Below are positions 27,124-40,639 of a stretch of DNA of 64,000 nt, one piece after another (the stretch's first letter is position 1; the number at the start of each line of letters is the position of its first letter). Source of the DNA: the human T2T-CHM13v2.0 reference genome, Homo sapiens. The notes under the pieces are model-generated. The model was given only the letters and a program-made list of their open reading frames with translations. It had not been told where the DNA came from and searched no databases. The position numbers and the translations under genes were made by a program. The stretch lies in the NCBI RefSeq assembly GCF_009914755.1, contig NC_060926.1, one strand, 5' to 3'.

Positions 27124-27188
27124 TAAAAAAGGATACCAGAAGAATACATGTTTTACCTAAAAAAGGATACCACAAGAATACATGTTTT
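27124..27188. repeat. 34-bp period tandem duplication
   Basis: TAAAAAAGGATACCA(G/C)AAGAATACATGTTTT at 27124 and 27158, one mismatch. Confidence 0.92.
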
Positions 27189-27399
27189 CTATTCAGCAAG
27201 AAAAAACATGGCCCTACCATAGCCAGATCTTTCAATTTTTTCAAAAGAAGTTAAAATTTCTGATTTTGTAAAAATATGAAATCAGTTGTGTTATAAATAT
27301 CATATAAGCCAAACAAAATTGAGGGTTAGACTGAATATGAATGTGAGAGAAGAAATAATCATACAGAAAAAAGAAGTTGGATGTACAGATAATATAGGG

Positions 27400-28250
27400 A
27401 GAAATATAATTACTTTTTAAAATTTAGCTAACATAAGTGGAAAGATAAGAAAATCATTGTATCCATAAAAAATGCTATTAAATTATTTTTTAAAAAATGA
27501 AAGAACTTTGAAATGAAAAACATAACAGTCAAAATGTAAAATTAATTGTGTGGAAAAATCACTTGAAAGAATGGGGGTTAAAGTCAAAATAGTCTTTCAG
27601 GCATTATAACAAAAAGGCAATCGGAGAGAAAAAAATAAGAGAATTAGAGGATCATTCAAGGATGTCTTTCCTCCATATTACAGGAGTTTCAGAAAAAGAA
27701 AAGTGTGAAAATGGAAGGGAAGACCTTGTCAAATCAATAGTACAGAATAATTTCCCCAAAGTGTTGGAAATTAATTTCTAGTTTGAAAGGACCACCAAAT
27801 GCCCAATGGAATACATTTTTAAAGATCCACATTTCATTGTAAAACTTCAGAAGCTAGGGAATAAAACCTCTTAATATTTTCAAGTGGACTTCAGTAGCCC
27901 TTCAATGCAGAACTATGGCTTATAAACAATGAGACATCAGAATGATGTCAGGTTTCTCAACTGCAATCCTAAATCCTAAAATGGTCTCAATGCTTTCAAA
28001 ATTCTATGGGAAACTGATTTTCAAGCTAGGATTCTAAACAAAGTCAAACTATCAATAATTATGGCAAAATTGTCATTTTCACACAAATATTTAGTAACAT
28101 ACTTTCTATGCTATTTTAAATCAAGAAACAAGGATATATATAATACAAGAAATAGGAGATTCAACACAAAAAAATGATGTTCTAAAACAACAAATGTACT
28201 ATAGTCTTGGAGAGGAATTAGTTCAGTCGGGAGCAGGAGAAGAAAGGTTA
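27400..28250 (+). mobile_element. HAL1/L1M ORF1-like fragment
   Basis: GAATTAGAGGATCATTCAAGG...GGAGTTTCAGAAAAAGA...AATAATTTCCCCAAA...TTGAAAGGACCACC resembles decayed ORF1. Confidence 0.65.
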
Positions 28251-28529
28251 AAGGAGAAGGAAGTCTCTGGTACAGATGTGAGGAGTGCAAAGTGTTTTCT
28301 GTGTTAGTGCACTTTGTTTTGCAGGATGAGTGAGAGAGAGAGAAGCAGAGAGACGGAGATAGAGAGAGAGAGGAGGAGGAGGAAGAGAAAAAGAAAAGGA
28401 GGAGGGAAGACAGAGGAGTTGAGGTTATTCACAAGGAAGTTATGATAATTATGAATGTGGGGATCTATGCTGAGGAAAGATACAAGTGGAGACCATGAGT
28501 TGTCATACAGAGCAAATGGAAAATTCTGT

Positions 28530-29000
28530 CTTGAATCTTCAACTCTGTCTCCTAAATTTTAAACTGATTCCCTATCACTTTATTTGCATATTTACTTGAG
28601 TACTCTGCGGGTCCCTAAGCAGAATTTCCAAAAAGGAAGCCATCATTGTCCCCAGATGTTTTCCTCATGTAATCCCTCTTGAAATTAATGGTTTATAATC
28701 CAGAACCAGGAAGTTATGATTATTTTCCTGCAACTGAAACATATTATTTCCAAAGTACATTATTTCCTTTCCATCTTCCCAGACATTGCCTTAAAGTTCT
28801 CATCAATCTTTACTGATCTCTTATAATAGCCTCCAATCTTTTCCCCTGCTCCTAATTTCTCACTCTTTCAATATATCCTCTACACTGATTTTATTATTCC
28901 CCAGAAGAAACCATTTAATAGTTTCTTGTTCCCATAGAATAATGCTCATCATGGCTAGTAAAATATTTAAAGAGAATTTCAATCTATCTTTGAAGCTTCA
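28530..29000 (+). mobile_element. L2 fragment
   Basis: Pyrimidine-rich L2-like AATAGCCTCC...CTCTTTCAATATATCCTCTACACTG. Confidence 0.55.
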
Positions 29001-29359
29001 TTTCCTATTGTTCCAATCCCCCTAAATGACTTGACATTACCTAATGTACTTTTTCTCAGATCCCTGTCTAATTAAAATACCCCAAAAGTGAGTAGGGCTG
29101 GAAAAATGATTCAGAAAATGATCCATTCATTCTTAGCTATAAAAAATCAATGTGAATGATTCATTCATTAAATCATTGTACTGATGGTTATTTTCTAACT
29201 ATATGTATTTCTCACAGCAGCTCTGGATTTTGGGATTATTATTATCATTTTACAGGTGAAGAAAATTATTCTCATGGGATTTAGTCAATTTGATCAAGAT
29301 CTTGAAGCAGTAAATGACACAGGGCCCATATTAACCAAAATTCTAGGTAAATTAAAAGC

Positions 29360-31607
29360 CTATTTTTCAGAGATGGCATGACCTTATATATAGAAAATCC
29401 TAAGGAATCCACTAATAAACACTTTAGCAAAGTTGCAAGATGCATCAAATATACAAAAATAGTTTATACACTAGTATTGAATAAATCTGAAAATAAAATA
29501 ATAAAATATTCCATTTACAGTAGCATCAAAAATTAAAATATTTAGGAACAAATTTAACAGAAAAAGTTCAAGGTTTGTACACTGAAAACTAAAATAACAT
29601 TATTGAAATGAATTAAAGAAGACCAAATAAATGGAAAGGCATTCCATGTTCATGAAAATATTTCACATTATAAAGATAGCAATATTCCTCAACTTTTTCT
29701 GCAGATTCAATGCAATCTCTATCAAAACCCTAGCTGCCTCTGTTTGCAGAAATTGGCAAGATGATATTAAAATTCATATGGAAATGCAAAGGACTCAGAA
29801 CAGTCAAAACAATTTTGAAAAAGAACAAAGTTAGAGAACTCAAACTTTAAGATTTTAAACTTACTACAGAGTTACCATAATCAAGACAGAGTGGTATAGA
29901 CATAAGGATAGACATAGACCAATAAATCAATGGAACAGAATTTAGTTTCAGAAATAAACCCTCACATTTATGTCCAACTGATTTTCAACAGAAGGGCCAA
30001 GACAATTCAATATGAAAAGAATAATCTTTTTAATAGATATTGCTGGTACATTGCCAAATGCAGAAGGATCAATTACCACTACCCTCATACCACATACAAA
30101 AATTAACTCAAAATAGATCAAAGACCTAAATGTAAGAGCTATAAAACTCTTAAAAGAAAACAAAGGCATAAATCCTTGGCCTTGGGTTAGGCAATGGGGT
30201 TTCTTAAATATGACCCCAAAAGCATAAGCAACAAAAGACAAATAAATTGTATTTCATCAAAAGCAAAAGCTTTTGTACTCCAAAGGATACTATTAAGAAA
30301 GTAAAAAGATAGCCCACAGAATTGGAGATAATATTTGCAGGTCATATATTTCATTTGGGACATAAATGCAGAATGTAAAAAGAACACTTGTAACTCAATA
30401 ATGAAAGGACAGATAACCCCATTTTTAAAAAAGCAAAGAATTTGAATAGCCAATTTTCTAAATAAGATTTACAAATGGTCTATAAGTACATGAAAAGTTG
30501 TTTAAAATCATTAGTCATGAGGAAAATGGAAATCAAAACCACAATGAGATACAACTTCACACTTGCTAGGACAGCTATAATAAAAAAAAAAAAGTAGAAA
30601 ATAACATGTGTATGAGATTGAGGAGAAATTGAAACCTTCCGTATTTCGCATTTTTTCATTGTTGATTTACATTGCTGATGGGAATGTAAAACGGTATGGC
30701 TGTTTTGGGAAACAGTTTAGCAATTTCTCAGAAAGTTAAACATAGAATTACCATATGACCCAGAAATTCCACTAGTAGGTATATATCCAAGACATTCAAA
30801 AACATAAAATCACACAAAAAGCTTTACATATTAGTAATGCTATTCATAATGGTCAAAAGATTAAAATAACCCAAATGTCAATGATGAATGGATACACAAA
30901 ATGTGGTATAACCTATATAACTGCCCATTGAAATTACTGAAGTACTGATAATGCTACAATAAGGGTGACACTTGAAAACATTATGCTAACTGAAAAAAGC
31001 TAGACACAAAAGGCCATGTATTGTATGATCCCATTTCTATGAAATGTCCAGAATAGCAAATCCATAGAGACAAAAAGTAGATTAGTGGTTGCCAGAGGCT
31101 TGGAGGTGGGAGATGAGAAACAGGGAGTGATTTGTAAGAGGTTTCTTTTTGGGGTGATATAAAGTGTTCTGGGCCAGGCGTGGTGGTTCACGCCTGTAAT
31201 CCCAGCACTTTGGGAGGTGGAGGCAGGAGGATTACTTGAGGTCAGGAGTTTGAGACCAGCCTGGCCAACATGCTGAAAACCCATCTCTGCTAAAAATAGA
31301 AAGAAAAAAAAAATTAGCCGGGCGTGGTGGCGGGTGCCTGTAATCTGAGCTACTCTGGAGGCTGAGACAATGAGAATCCTTTGAACCCGGGAGGTGCAGG
31401 TTGCTGTGGGCCGAGATCACGCCATTGCACTCCAGCCTGGGAGACAAGAGTGAAACTCCATCTCAAAAAAAAAAAAAAAAACTGTTCTGCAACTACATAA
31501 TGGTGACGGTTGTACAACTTTGTGAATATACTTAAAATCAGCAAATTGTATAATTTAATAGCGTTAATTTTATGGTATGTGAATTATGTTTTCAGTTTCA
31601 AAAAAAA
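29360..31607 (+). mobile_element. 5'-truncated L1MB-type LINE (ORF2 C-terminal half plus 3' UTR), interrupted by Alu
   Basis: ORF 29631..29834 contains IIKIAIFLNFFCRFNAISIK (cf. L1 ORF2 [20 protein letters not shown]). Also AAATCAAAACCACAATGAGATAC, CATATGACCCAGAAATTCCACT and the 3' end TTTTATGGTATGTGAATTAT. Many stops and frameshifts. Confidence 0.93.
31172..31481 (+). mobile_element. AluS inserted in L1 3' UTR
   Basis: Full dimer with A17 tail. TSD AAAGTGTTCTG (31161-31171) / AAACTGTTCTG (31479-31489). Confidence 0.97.
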
Positions 31608-32799
31608 TGGTTATTTGGTTCAGATATGACCATCATTCACCAAAGAGCCAAATATTTAAGACCAAAAACTAGAACTTTGCTGGAGATTTCTAAGGCGGCA
31701 GAAATCAGGAAAATAAAATAGTTTTTAGCATTTAACTTTAATCAAAGCAAACAAAAGATTTGCCTCTACTTTCAGAGTTCAAAAGTGCACCAAGCAGAGG
31801 GAATGTCCATGAGAGAATGGAACAACAGGAAATAGGACAGTTGTTTAGTATGCTGGGAGTGTGAGATGCATACAGGGGAGTGATGGGTAATATTTGGGAA
31901 AATATAGACAAGGGTCTATTATGATAGGATAAGGAAATAAACCAAGTAGTTCTAAAACTAGCATTACTAAAAGTCAGCTGAGAAAATTTTGAAAACTGTG
32001 CACTTTCCTCGTTGCTATCACTGCAGAGCTGCTGATTTTATACATATCAAAGGGTCCATAAATACGTGATTCCAGGTGATTCTAATGTGTATCCAGGTTC
32101 CGCAAATGCTCTGGTAGGCAATGTCTGTAATGAAAGTCCTGGTAAGTACTGAGGAGGTTCTGAATTAAAGCAGTAGTAATGAAGGTATAAAGGAAAGAAA
32201 AGATTAGAAGGACATTAGAGAGGCTTAGGAAAATTCATTTCACAAACTCATTCTTTCAACATATTTTTATTAAATGAGTACCTGCTCTGTAGGAAGCAAA
32301 GGGTCTAAAATGGCAAAATCAATCCTCACAGAGCTTTTAATCTATTTGACAAAATATAGGATTACAAAAGAGGAAGAATATAAGTGATAATGTTAGGCTT
32401 TCTAGAAAGACTGGCTGAATAAGTGGTTGATGTTGGCACCATTCATCAGAATGGGGAATATAATGATAGTAGCAGCAAGCCTCTGTGTGCCAGATAGGGA
32501 CTTTACCCATATTCACTGATATTGAATGAGTGCCTCATAGTGGCCATATCTGAATCATCATCCCTGTTTTAGAGTTGTGCAAACTCTGGCGCCAGGAGGG
32601 AAGCCCACTGCCTCATGTGCTACACCAGGGGTTGAGGAGATGGAGCCACATTTGAACAAGTTCTGGCTCTAGAGAGAGCCAATAGTGAAGTCAATGCTCT
32701 GCTGGGCCAAAATCTCATTTTTGTTGGATTACCCCACCCCTAACTCCCATCACCAGAGTCCTCAATATTTATTCCAGAGATGACACTCTTCATTTGAGG

Positions 32800-32945
32800 T
32801 CTACAGATGAGTTTCAGGAGGCCCATGAATCCTTGAAATGGAATGGAAATTGTACAGGCGTGTGTGGGCTTACTTGCATTCTTCTTGGAGAGAGATTCCA
32901 TAGCTTCAGTAAAATGAGTCTATATCCAAAAATGTTTAAAAATCT
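32800..32945. mobile_element. hAT-Charlie non-autonomous fragment (MER102-like)
   Basis: GGTCTACAGATGAGTTTCAGGAGGCCCATGAATCC and GGAGAGAGATTCCATAGCTT, recalled from consensus. Confidence 0.45.
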
Positions 32946-33556
32946 ATATTTTGGCACCCATTTAGCCCATTTCATCACATGTATGAAGAAATTTGTAGGA
33001 GAAAGCTCCCTGTGCATGAGTCTCGTCATGATGCTTTAGCCTGGAAGCCCCTCCTCTCCCACCCTCCTTCCTAGCTCTCTCAGGAACGCATTGCAAAGCA
33101 AGATACCAAGTCTTTCTGCATGGTGCATCCAACCTTAATGCCACAACTGAGGCCTTCCAATACAGAGAAAAGCATGGGTCTGTTCCTTTGCCACCCTCTT
33201 TAATACTAAAGTTTTTTCTTGTCTTTAAACAAATTACTACTAAATTTCATGAATGTACTAACATGTCTAAAAGTGACTTTTCTGAGCCACTTGTCTCACA
33301 TCTTGCCTACTTGCTTTGCTCTCCTGCAAAGTGTATCTGACCACAGTTCCCATTGACTTCAAAGAGAGCTCTCCCCATGAAGGAGCACCACAGGTTGAGG
33401 GGACCACATCAGTTGGTCCTGGAGTATTTCTGTGGTGTCTGCTTTACCTAGGAGAGGCATGTTTCTTCTAATAGTAGCCCAGTCTTTCAAGATAAAGTTC
33501 TAATTTCAGAACATTTTCCAGTTAGGTTTAATTTTTAAAGAACGTTTCATAGTAAT

Positions 33557-33973
33557 TGTATTAGGCTGTTCTCATATTGCTATCAAGAAATACTTGAGAC
33601 CATGTAATTTATAAAGAAAGAGGTTTAATTGACTCAGTTCTGCAGGGCGTACAGGAAGCATGATGTTGGCATCTGCTTGACTTCTGGGAAGGCCTCAGGT
33701 AACTTAGAATCATGGCAGAAGGTAAAGGGGGAGTAGGCACTTCACATGGCCGTACCAGGAGCAAGAGAGCAGGGGGAGGTGCCATACACTTTTAAGCAAC
33801 CAGATCTCATGAGAACACAGTCACTGTCATGAGAACAGCACCAAGGAGATGGTGCTAAACCATTCATGAGAAATCCACCCCACGATCCAATCACCTCCCT
33901 CCAGGCCCCACGTCCAACATTCGGAATTACAATCCGACATGAGATTTGGGTGGGGACGCTCCAAACTATATCA
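33557..33973 (-). mobile_element. Complete MST (MSTA-like) MaLR solo LTR
   Basis: TGTATTAGGCTGTTCTC...AATCATGGCAGAAGG...GAGATTTGGGTGGGGAC...CCAAACTATATCA. 5-bp TSD GTAAT/GTAGT. Confidence 0.94.
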
Positions 33974-34147
33974 GTAGTTTTTCAAAAGCAGTATCTAATG
34001 TTGCTGCATATCTTGGGAGTTGGGGGAAAGAAGGAAGAGAGAGACATTTTAAAGGCCAGCTTGGTATTAGAGCATTTTTTTTAAATGTGGCTAATGAGCC
34101 ACCAGTATTAGAACCACCAAGGATTCCTGTTAAAAACTACAGATTTC

Positions 34148-34322
34148 GGCTCGATACAGTGGCTCACACCTGAAGTTTAAGCTACTTGGGAGACAGAGGT
34201 AGGAGAACTGCTTGAGCCCAGGAGCCCAGGAGTACAAGGCTGCAGTGTGTTATGATTGCACCACTGCACTCCACCCTGGGTAACAGAGTGAGACCCTGTC
34301 TCTAAAAACAACACAACAACAA

Positions 34323-34326
<4 letters not shown>
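34148..34326 (+). mobile_element. Alu monomer (FRAM-like) inside a MER5-like element
   Basis: Single right-arm-type monomer ending GTGAGACCCTGTCTCT, with the tail decayed to (CAA)n. Confidence 0.85.

Positions 34327-34362
<36 letters not shown>
34327..34362. repeat. (CA)18 microsatellite at the Alu monomer tail
   Basis: Seen directly. Confidence 0.97.
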
Positions 34363-34364
<2 letters not shown>

Positions 34365-35439
34365 TGTTCTGAACTGAGCTCTTCATTGTTAACAAGCTCT
34401 CCAGAGATTCTTATGCAATCTGGAAGTGGCCTAAATGGCTGAGGAATATCAGAAACTAGATTTCATAGTGGAGTACTGAAATTGTGGGATGCTCTATCAT
34501 ATTTCTAGAGGTTGTTCAGCCAAACAGCTAGTTTCCTTTAATTCCTATACAACCTCAAGGGCAGACAGATTGATGCAGACTAGAGGCAGGCACTGGGTGG
34601 TCCCCTATTGCCACAGGGCTTTCAGAGTCACTAACTAAATCCCACCTTGAAGCAAATGCTGTGGGTTGGAGAGCTCCAGCTTACACTTTCTCACAGTGCT
34701 GACTTCCTTGCAGCAGGTTTAGCAGTGTAAGCTTTGCAAGCCAAGAGGCTCTATTGGGGTAAACATATTTCAAGAGCTTATGAGAAAAAAGATTTCAAGG
34801 GCATAGAGATGAAAGAAAGAATTGTTTTTAAATCTCCCCTCCTTGTGTCATTTCACTCCCAACTATTTACCCTGGACTGAACTCAAAAGTGAAAGTGGGG
34901 AAGAAAGACCCAGCTACCAAAACTGAACAATCTGGGTAGTTAAATAACTATGGAAATGCCCTCCCTTCCTTTGCCCAACTGCCAAATCTCACTTTGATCT
35001 TCTTAGTTTTCAGTCAATTCTTCAAATACCCTCCTAACTCAATCTTTTCGGTCCTCTGACTCTCTCAAAGGCTTAACCTCCAGCTCACCCCCAAATGCCC
35101 TCCTATCTTGCTCAATCCCAGAACCACCCACAATCTCCGTTTTAATGACTCATCCCAACAGGCACAATCTCCCACAGAGCCAACCTTTGGGCTCTGCTCA
35201 TCCTCTCCAATGAACAGCAGGTGCAGAGTCCTCCTTTGTTCTTCGGTCTCCTGCAGCAATTAAGGAGAGAACTAAAGGGCCATTTGGTGAGTGGAATCGT
35301 GCTGGTCAGGAGCAAGCAAGCCTGAAGAGGGTGCTTACTTTTCTCTAATTTGCTTTGATAGAGCTGCCACAGGGCTGCATGTGTTACAGTCACAACACTC
35401 CTAATCATAACCAAATTCTAATTTTAAAAATAGCTAAAT

Positions 35440-35660
35440 TCCATGAGGCTGGCCCTGTGTTAACTGCTTTAAATACAGCATGCCATTTAATCCTTTCAAC
35501 CATCCAGTAAGTTGGACTCCATTATTTTCCCCATTTTAGAGATAAAAAAACTGAGGCTTAGAAGGGTTAAGTTACTCAGTTAAAATGTAATACAGATATT
35601 AATTGATGAAGCTGAGATTCAAATTCAGGACTTTGATTCCACAGTGCAAGCCCTTTAATA
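35440..35660 (-). mobile_element. MIR SINE
   Basis: CCCCATTTTAGAGATAAAAAAACTGAGGCTTAGAAGGGTTAAGTTACT is the reverse MIR core. Confidence 0.88.
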
Positions 35661-35689
35661 GGATTATGACAGTTTTGAATCCTATAGCA

Positions 35690-36550
<861 letters not shown>

Positions 36551-36696
36551 CCACACATATTTTTCCATTTTGTCCCTTAACTCTCCTGGATAATCCAGAT
36601 TTCCATTTGCTTATCCAGGTTGCTGAATCTCCTGTCCAGTATGAAAATGCACCATATATTCTATACGGGTTTAAGCAATGAAAAAAAAAATACTAA

Positions 36697-37026
<330 letters not shown>

Positions 37027-39419
37027 AAATTTTAGTGTATTTTAATCAAATACAAAAATATGTGAGTCAAATGATAATGATAGGGCTATTATTCCCAAAT
37101 AATTATCAGACTTAAAAAGGTCAAATTATCTTTCAACTTATAATATTCCTACTCTATGTCACATAATCCTCTTCCATAGCTCTTTACTGACGTTTCATAG
37201 AGCTTCTATTTTCTTTTATAAACTTCTTATGTCTCAAAATTTCTTCATCGTCTACCTCAGTTTTATATGAAAACATTTATGGATGAGAGAGGTTATAAAT
37301 TTTTCTGTTTTTTTTAATTGTCCAAATACTTCCACAAAAATAATGCTATTTTATGCTGTTTTCCAAGTTGGTACAATACCTTCACAAAATATAAATTGAC
37401 CTGAATAATTGGAAGTTTATGTCATCAGGTAGTTTACCAAACTGAGACATTCTGATTCTAAATGTTGGGTAATTGGAAGCTTCTAAATAAGAAGGATATT
37501 TTATTAATGTGTAATTTCTTTTCTTTTCTATTTTATATAACAAATCTCTTCAACCCATTGGAATCACTTGGGAGTAGAGAAGCTTCTGTCATCTTGCGTC
37601 TCCCATAGCCCTGGCTCATACATACCATACATAGTGCTGCAGGTGCTTTTACCTTCTTGCTGCTCCTAGCAGTTAGTTCTTTCACATCTCCAAGTTGGCC
37701 TGCCTCAACTAATCCCCCATTTTGTTTTATTTTAAAACATCATTTAGAAGCCTTTTGAAACTTATCTGTTTTTAGAAAAGTACCACTCATTCTAAAGCAT
37801 TCTTTCCACTCCAGAACTCACATAATTATATTTTCAGGTTAAAAATAATATTAGAATAATAGTGCCAACTTCTTCCATTTTATAAATTAGAAAACTTGGA
37901 CCTGGATGAAGTGAGGCTGCTTGTTCACCATCATGCAGCTCCTTCAGAAGATCTTCTGCTCCACAAGCTAACAAGAATAGGGATGACAGAAGCAAATAGG
38001 ACAGCTGGTGGGGGCATCAGTGAAAGGAAAGAGTAGAAGGTCTAGGAGTCCTGGGGCGGGGCAGAGGAGAACTTCCATCTAAGGGCCAAAGAAGTGGGGT
38101 GGCGTGGACTTAATGTTTCCTTGTCCTTGACTATAGACCCTCCTCTCACCAACTTGCAAATAACTCCCCTCCAAGAAGAGTTCCATGCTTTTGACCATGA
38201 CCATCCCTAATTCAGTGCTGCTAGGCAATCCATTACTAAATTCTGCAGGGTAAACAACATTGTTTTCTGCAAAACTCATCTCAAGAGAAATAAACCTATA
38301 AATGAGATTGCATTACTTGTGTCTGTTAATTGCAAGTGACTGAAACTCATATTTCAATTGTGCATTAAGCAATGAGGCTCAGATAACCAAAAATGTTACC
38401 CGGATTCTTGCTCACCATCCATTGTCTCTACTTTTCATAGTGATATGCCAGCCTCATTATTTCATAGTGATGATGAACTTGGTAAGAACACTCGCTGGCC
38501 TCACTGGCAAAAGGAGAATTGGCCCCTACTATCCCTAGTTCCCCAAGCCCAGTGTGAGTCATGGGCCTATTCTTCCACCAGAAAAAAAAAAAAAATAATG
38601 CAGGAGAAGAGAATTACCTGGGATCCACAAGACCTCAGCAGCTGCCATGTCCCTCCTGGATGGGAGCAGGGGAAGACCTTCTTAGTAGGTGGGAAGGTGC
38701 TGAGCAAATAAATTATTAATTGTCCACTACAAGCTTGTGTTTGGGAGGCAGTGATAAAAGTGTTCTACTCAGTAAATATTTCTTTAACCTAAAGGGAATA
38801 TAATGGTATTTCAGGGCTTTATAATATATAAGTATAGATAAATAGATGTCAGATAACCAATAACTGGTAAGAAATCTGATATAGGGAACCAAAAATAACA
38901 AATATAAAGTAACAAAATCAGTACTCATAAGAATATCCTATTGATCTCAGCACAGACATGTCATGTTTTAATTAAAATTGTGACATTTGCTTTGAATACC
39001 TATAGGAGGTCATCATTTAAATAAATATATATACATAGTTGTATTTAGATTTGTTGTGTTTAATTGCGTTTAGATTAACTTAGTTGCATTTGACAGAACC
39101 TTCCAATATTTTAAATATGGATACACACTCACACATGTATACTTACAAATTATAAATATATAAAATTTATTTTACAAGTATTAAAATCCCAATTCAAAGT
39201 AACTTAAACAAAAAAAGAAGTCTGTCTATATGTTTTCATCATAAATAGCAGTAAGTCCTGCAGATAGTTGCAGCTCCATCAGAGAGTGGTTTGAGTTTTT
39301 CCTGACTGCTTTGGATTCTGATTGATAAAGAAATGCATTTGTCTCCCTCCTTCTCGTGATTGGATATTACTAATTTTTTAAAAACTTTTATTTTGATTAA
39401 ATTAGTTTTAAGTTATAAA

Positions 39420-40150
39420 TTTTTCTATTAGTTATATTTAACATGTCTTCATATAGTTATTGTTTAAATTTTCTGTTCTGGAATTGCCTGTACATACAAT
39501 TTGCCCATTTCTCTATTTAATGGTGTGACTTTTTCTTACTTTTAGGGAATAACTTTAATTTATCAGAATTGAACCTTTGCCTGTTATTTTATTGCAAATA
39601 TATTCTTGCTATGTTTGTTGTATGTTATCTCTGGCAATCCAAACTTTATTTTTATCTGCTCAAATCTATTATATTTGCCTTTATGATATGTTTAAATTAT
39701 TTATAACCAAAAATTATTCAAAATATTCTTGTGTGGTTTATTCTGATAAATCATATTTTATTTTTCTAATGAGGTTTTTCATTCATCTGGAATTTACTTT
39801 TATATTATTTAAGTTGAATATCAAACTTTATTTCCTTCTAAATTGATACTCAAAAAATATTTATCAAATAATATTTATCAAATATTATCAGTCAAATAGT
39901 CAAAAAAGTATTTATCAAATAAGCCATTCTTTTCTCTGCAGAATGGAATAGAATCTCTAGCATATATTTAATTCTCATGTATACTCAAGCTTATCTGGGG
40001 CCCTCTGTTCAACTCTGTTGCTCTACTTGCTCATTCCTCTTTTTAATCAGTACATTTGTTGACAGTTTTAATATCTGGGGTAGGACAAATCCCCTTCTAT
40101 TACATATCTTTTTCAGTATTTTCTTAGCAATGTTATACATGGTTCTTTAA
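39420..40150 (-). mobile_element. Old L1M antisense fragment
   Basis: GAATTGCCTGTACATACAATTTGCCCATTT, ATTCATCTGGAATTTACTTT. Confidence 0.6.
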
Positions 40151-40623
40151 CATGGCATTTGATATCCATGTTTGTCTCTACAGTTTTCCCCCCTCTCTTT
40201 ACCCTTCTGCTCTGTATGTTGGGATTCTGACATCTGTGGACTGTTTCACCCTGAATCTCTTGCCTCTTGTTTCCATTCAAGTTTGGCCAATGAGAGGCAC
40301 TGACAGAAAATTGAAGGGCAGACATGTTATTTGTTCCCTCAGTTCCTTCCCAGCAGGGCTACCAGTCCCTCCTGGCTTCCTTCCTGTAGGCCACAGTTCT
40401 CCAGTGATCCTCTCCTGCAGCTGTGGTTGGAATTCTGGTTGCAACTTCCTCTCCTGCCCCCGTTAGGCCTGGGAATGGTAATGTGAGAGCCAAGTGGCTT
40501 CACTGTCTCCTGTGGGTCCCTCTTCACCCTCTCCAAACCTTTGTAAATCATCCCTTTATTAAACTTTCCTTAGTTACTCCATTTTAATGTGCCATCTGTT
40601 TTCTGCCAAGAAGCTAATGATAT
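40150..40623 (+). mobile_element. LTR33-like (ERVL) solo LTR
   Basis: TTTGGCCAATGAGAGGCACTGACAG and 3' end CCCTTTATTAAACT...TGTGCCATCTGTTTTCTGCC. Confidence 0.78.
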
Positions 40624-40639
40624 CTAGGGAACTGTAGAA

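Noticed and set aside
29631-30453. ORFs within the L1
   Set aside because: Decayed ORF2 remnants or antisense readings, with many stops.
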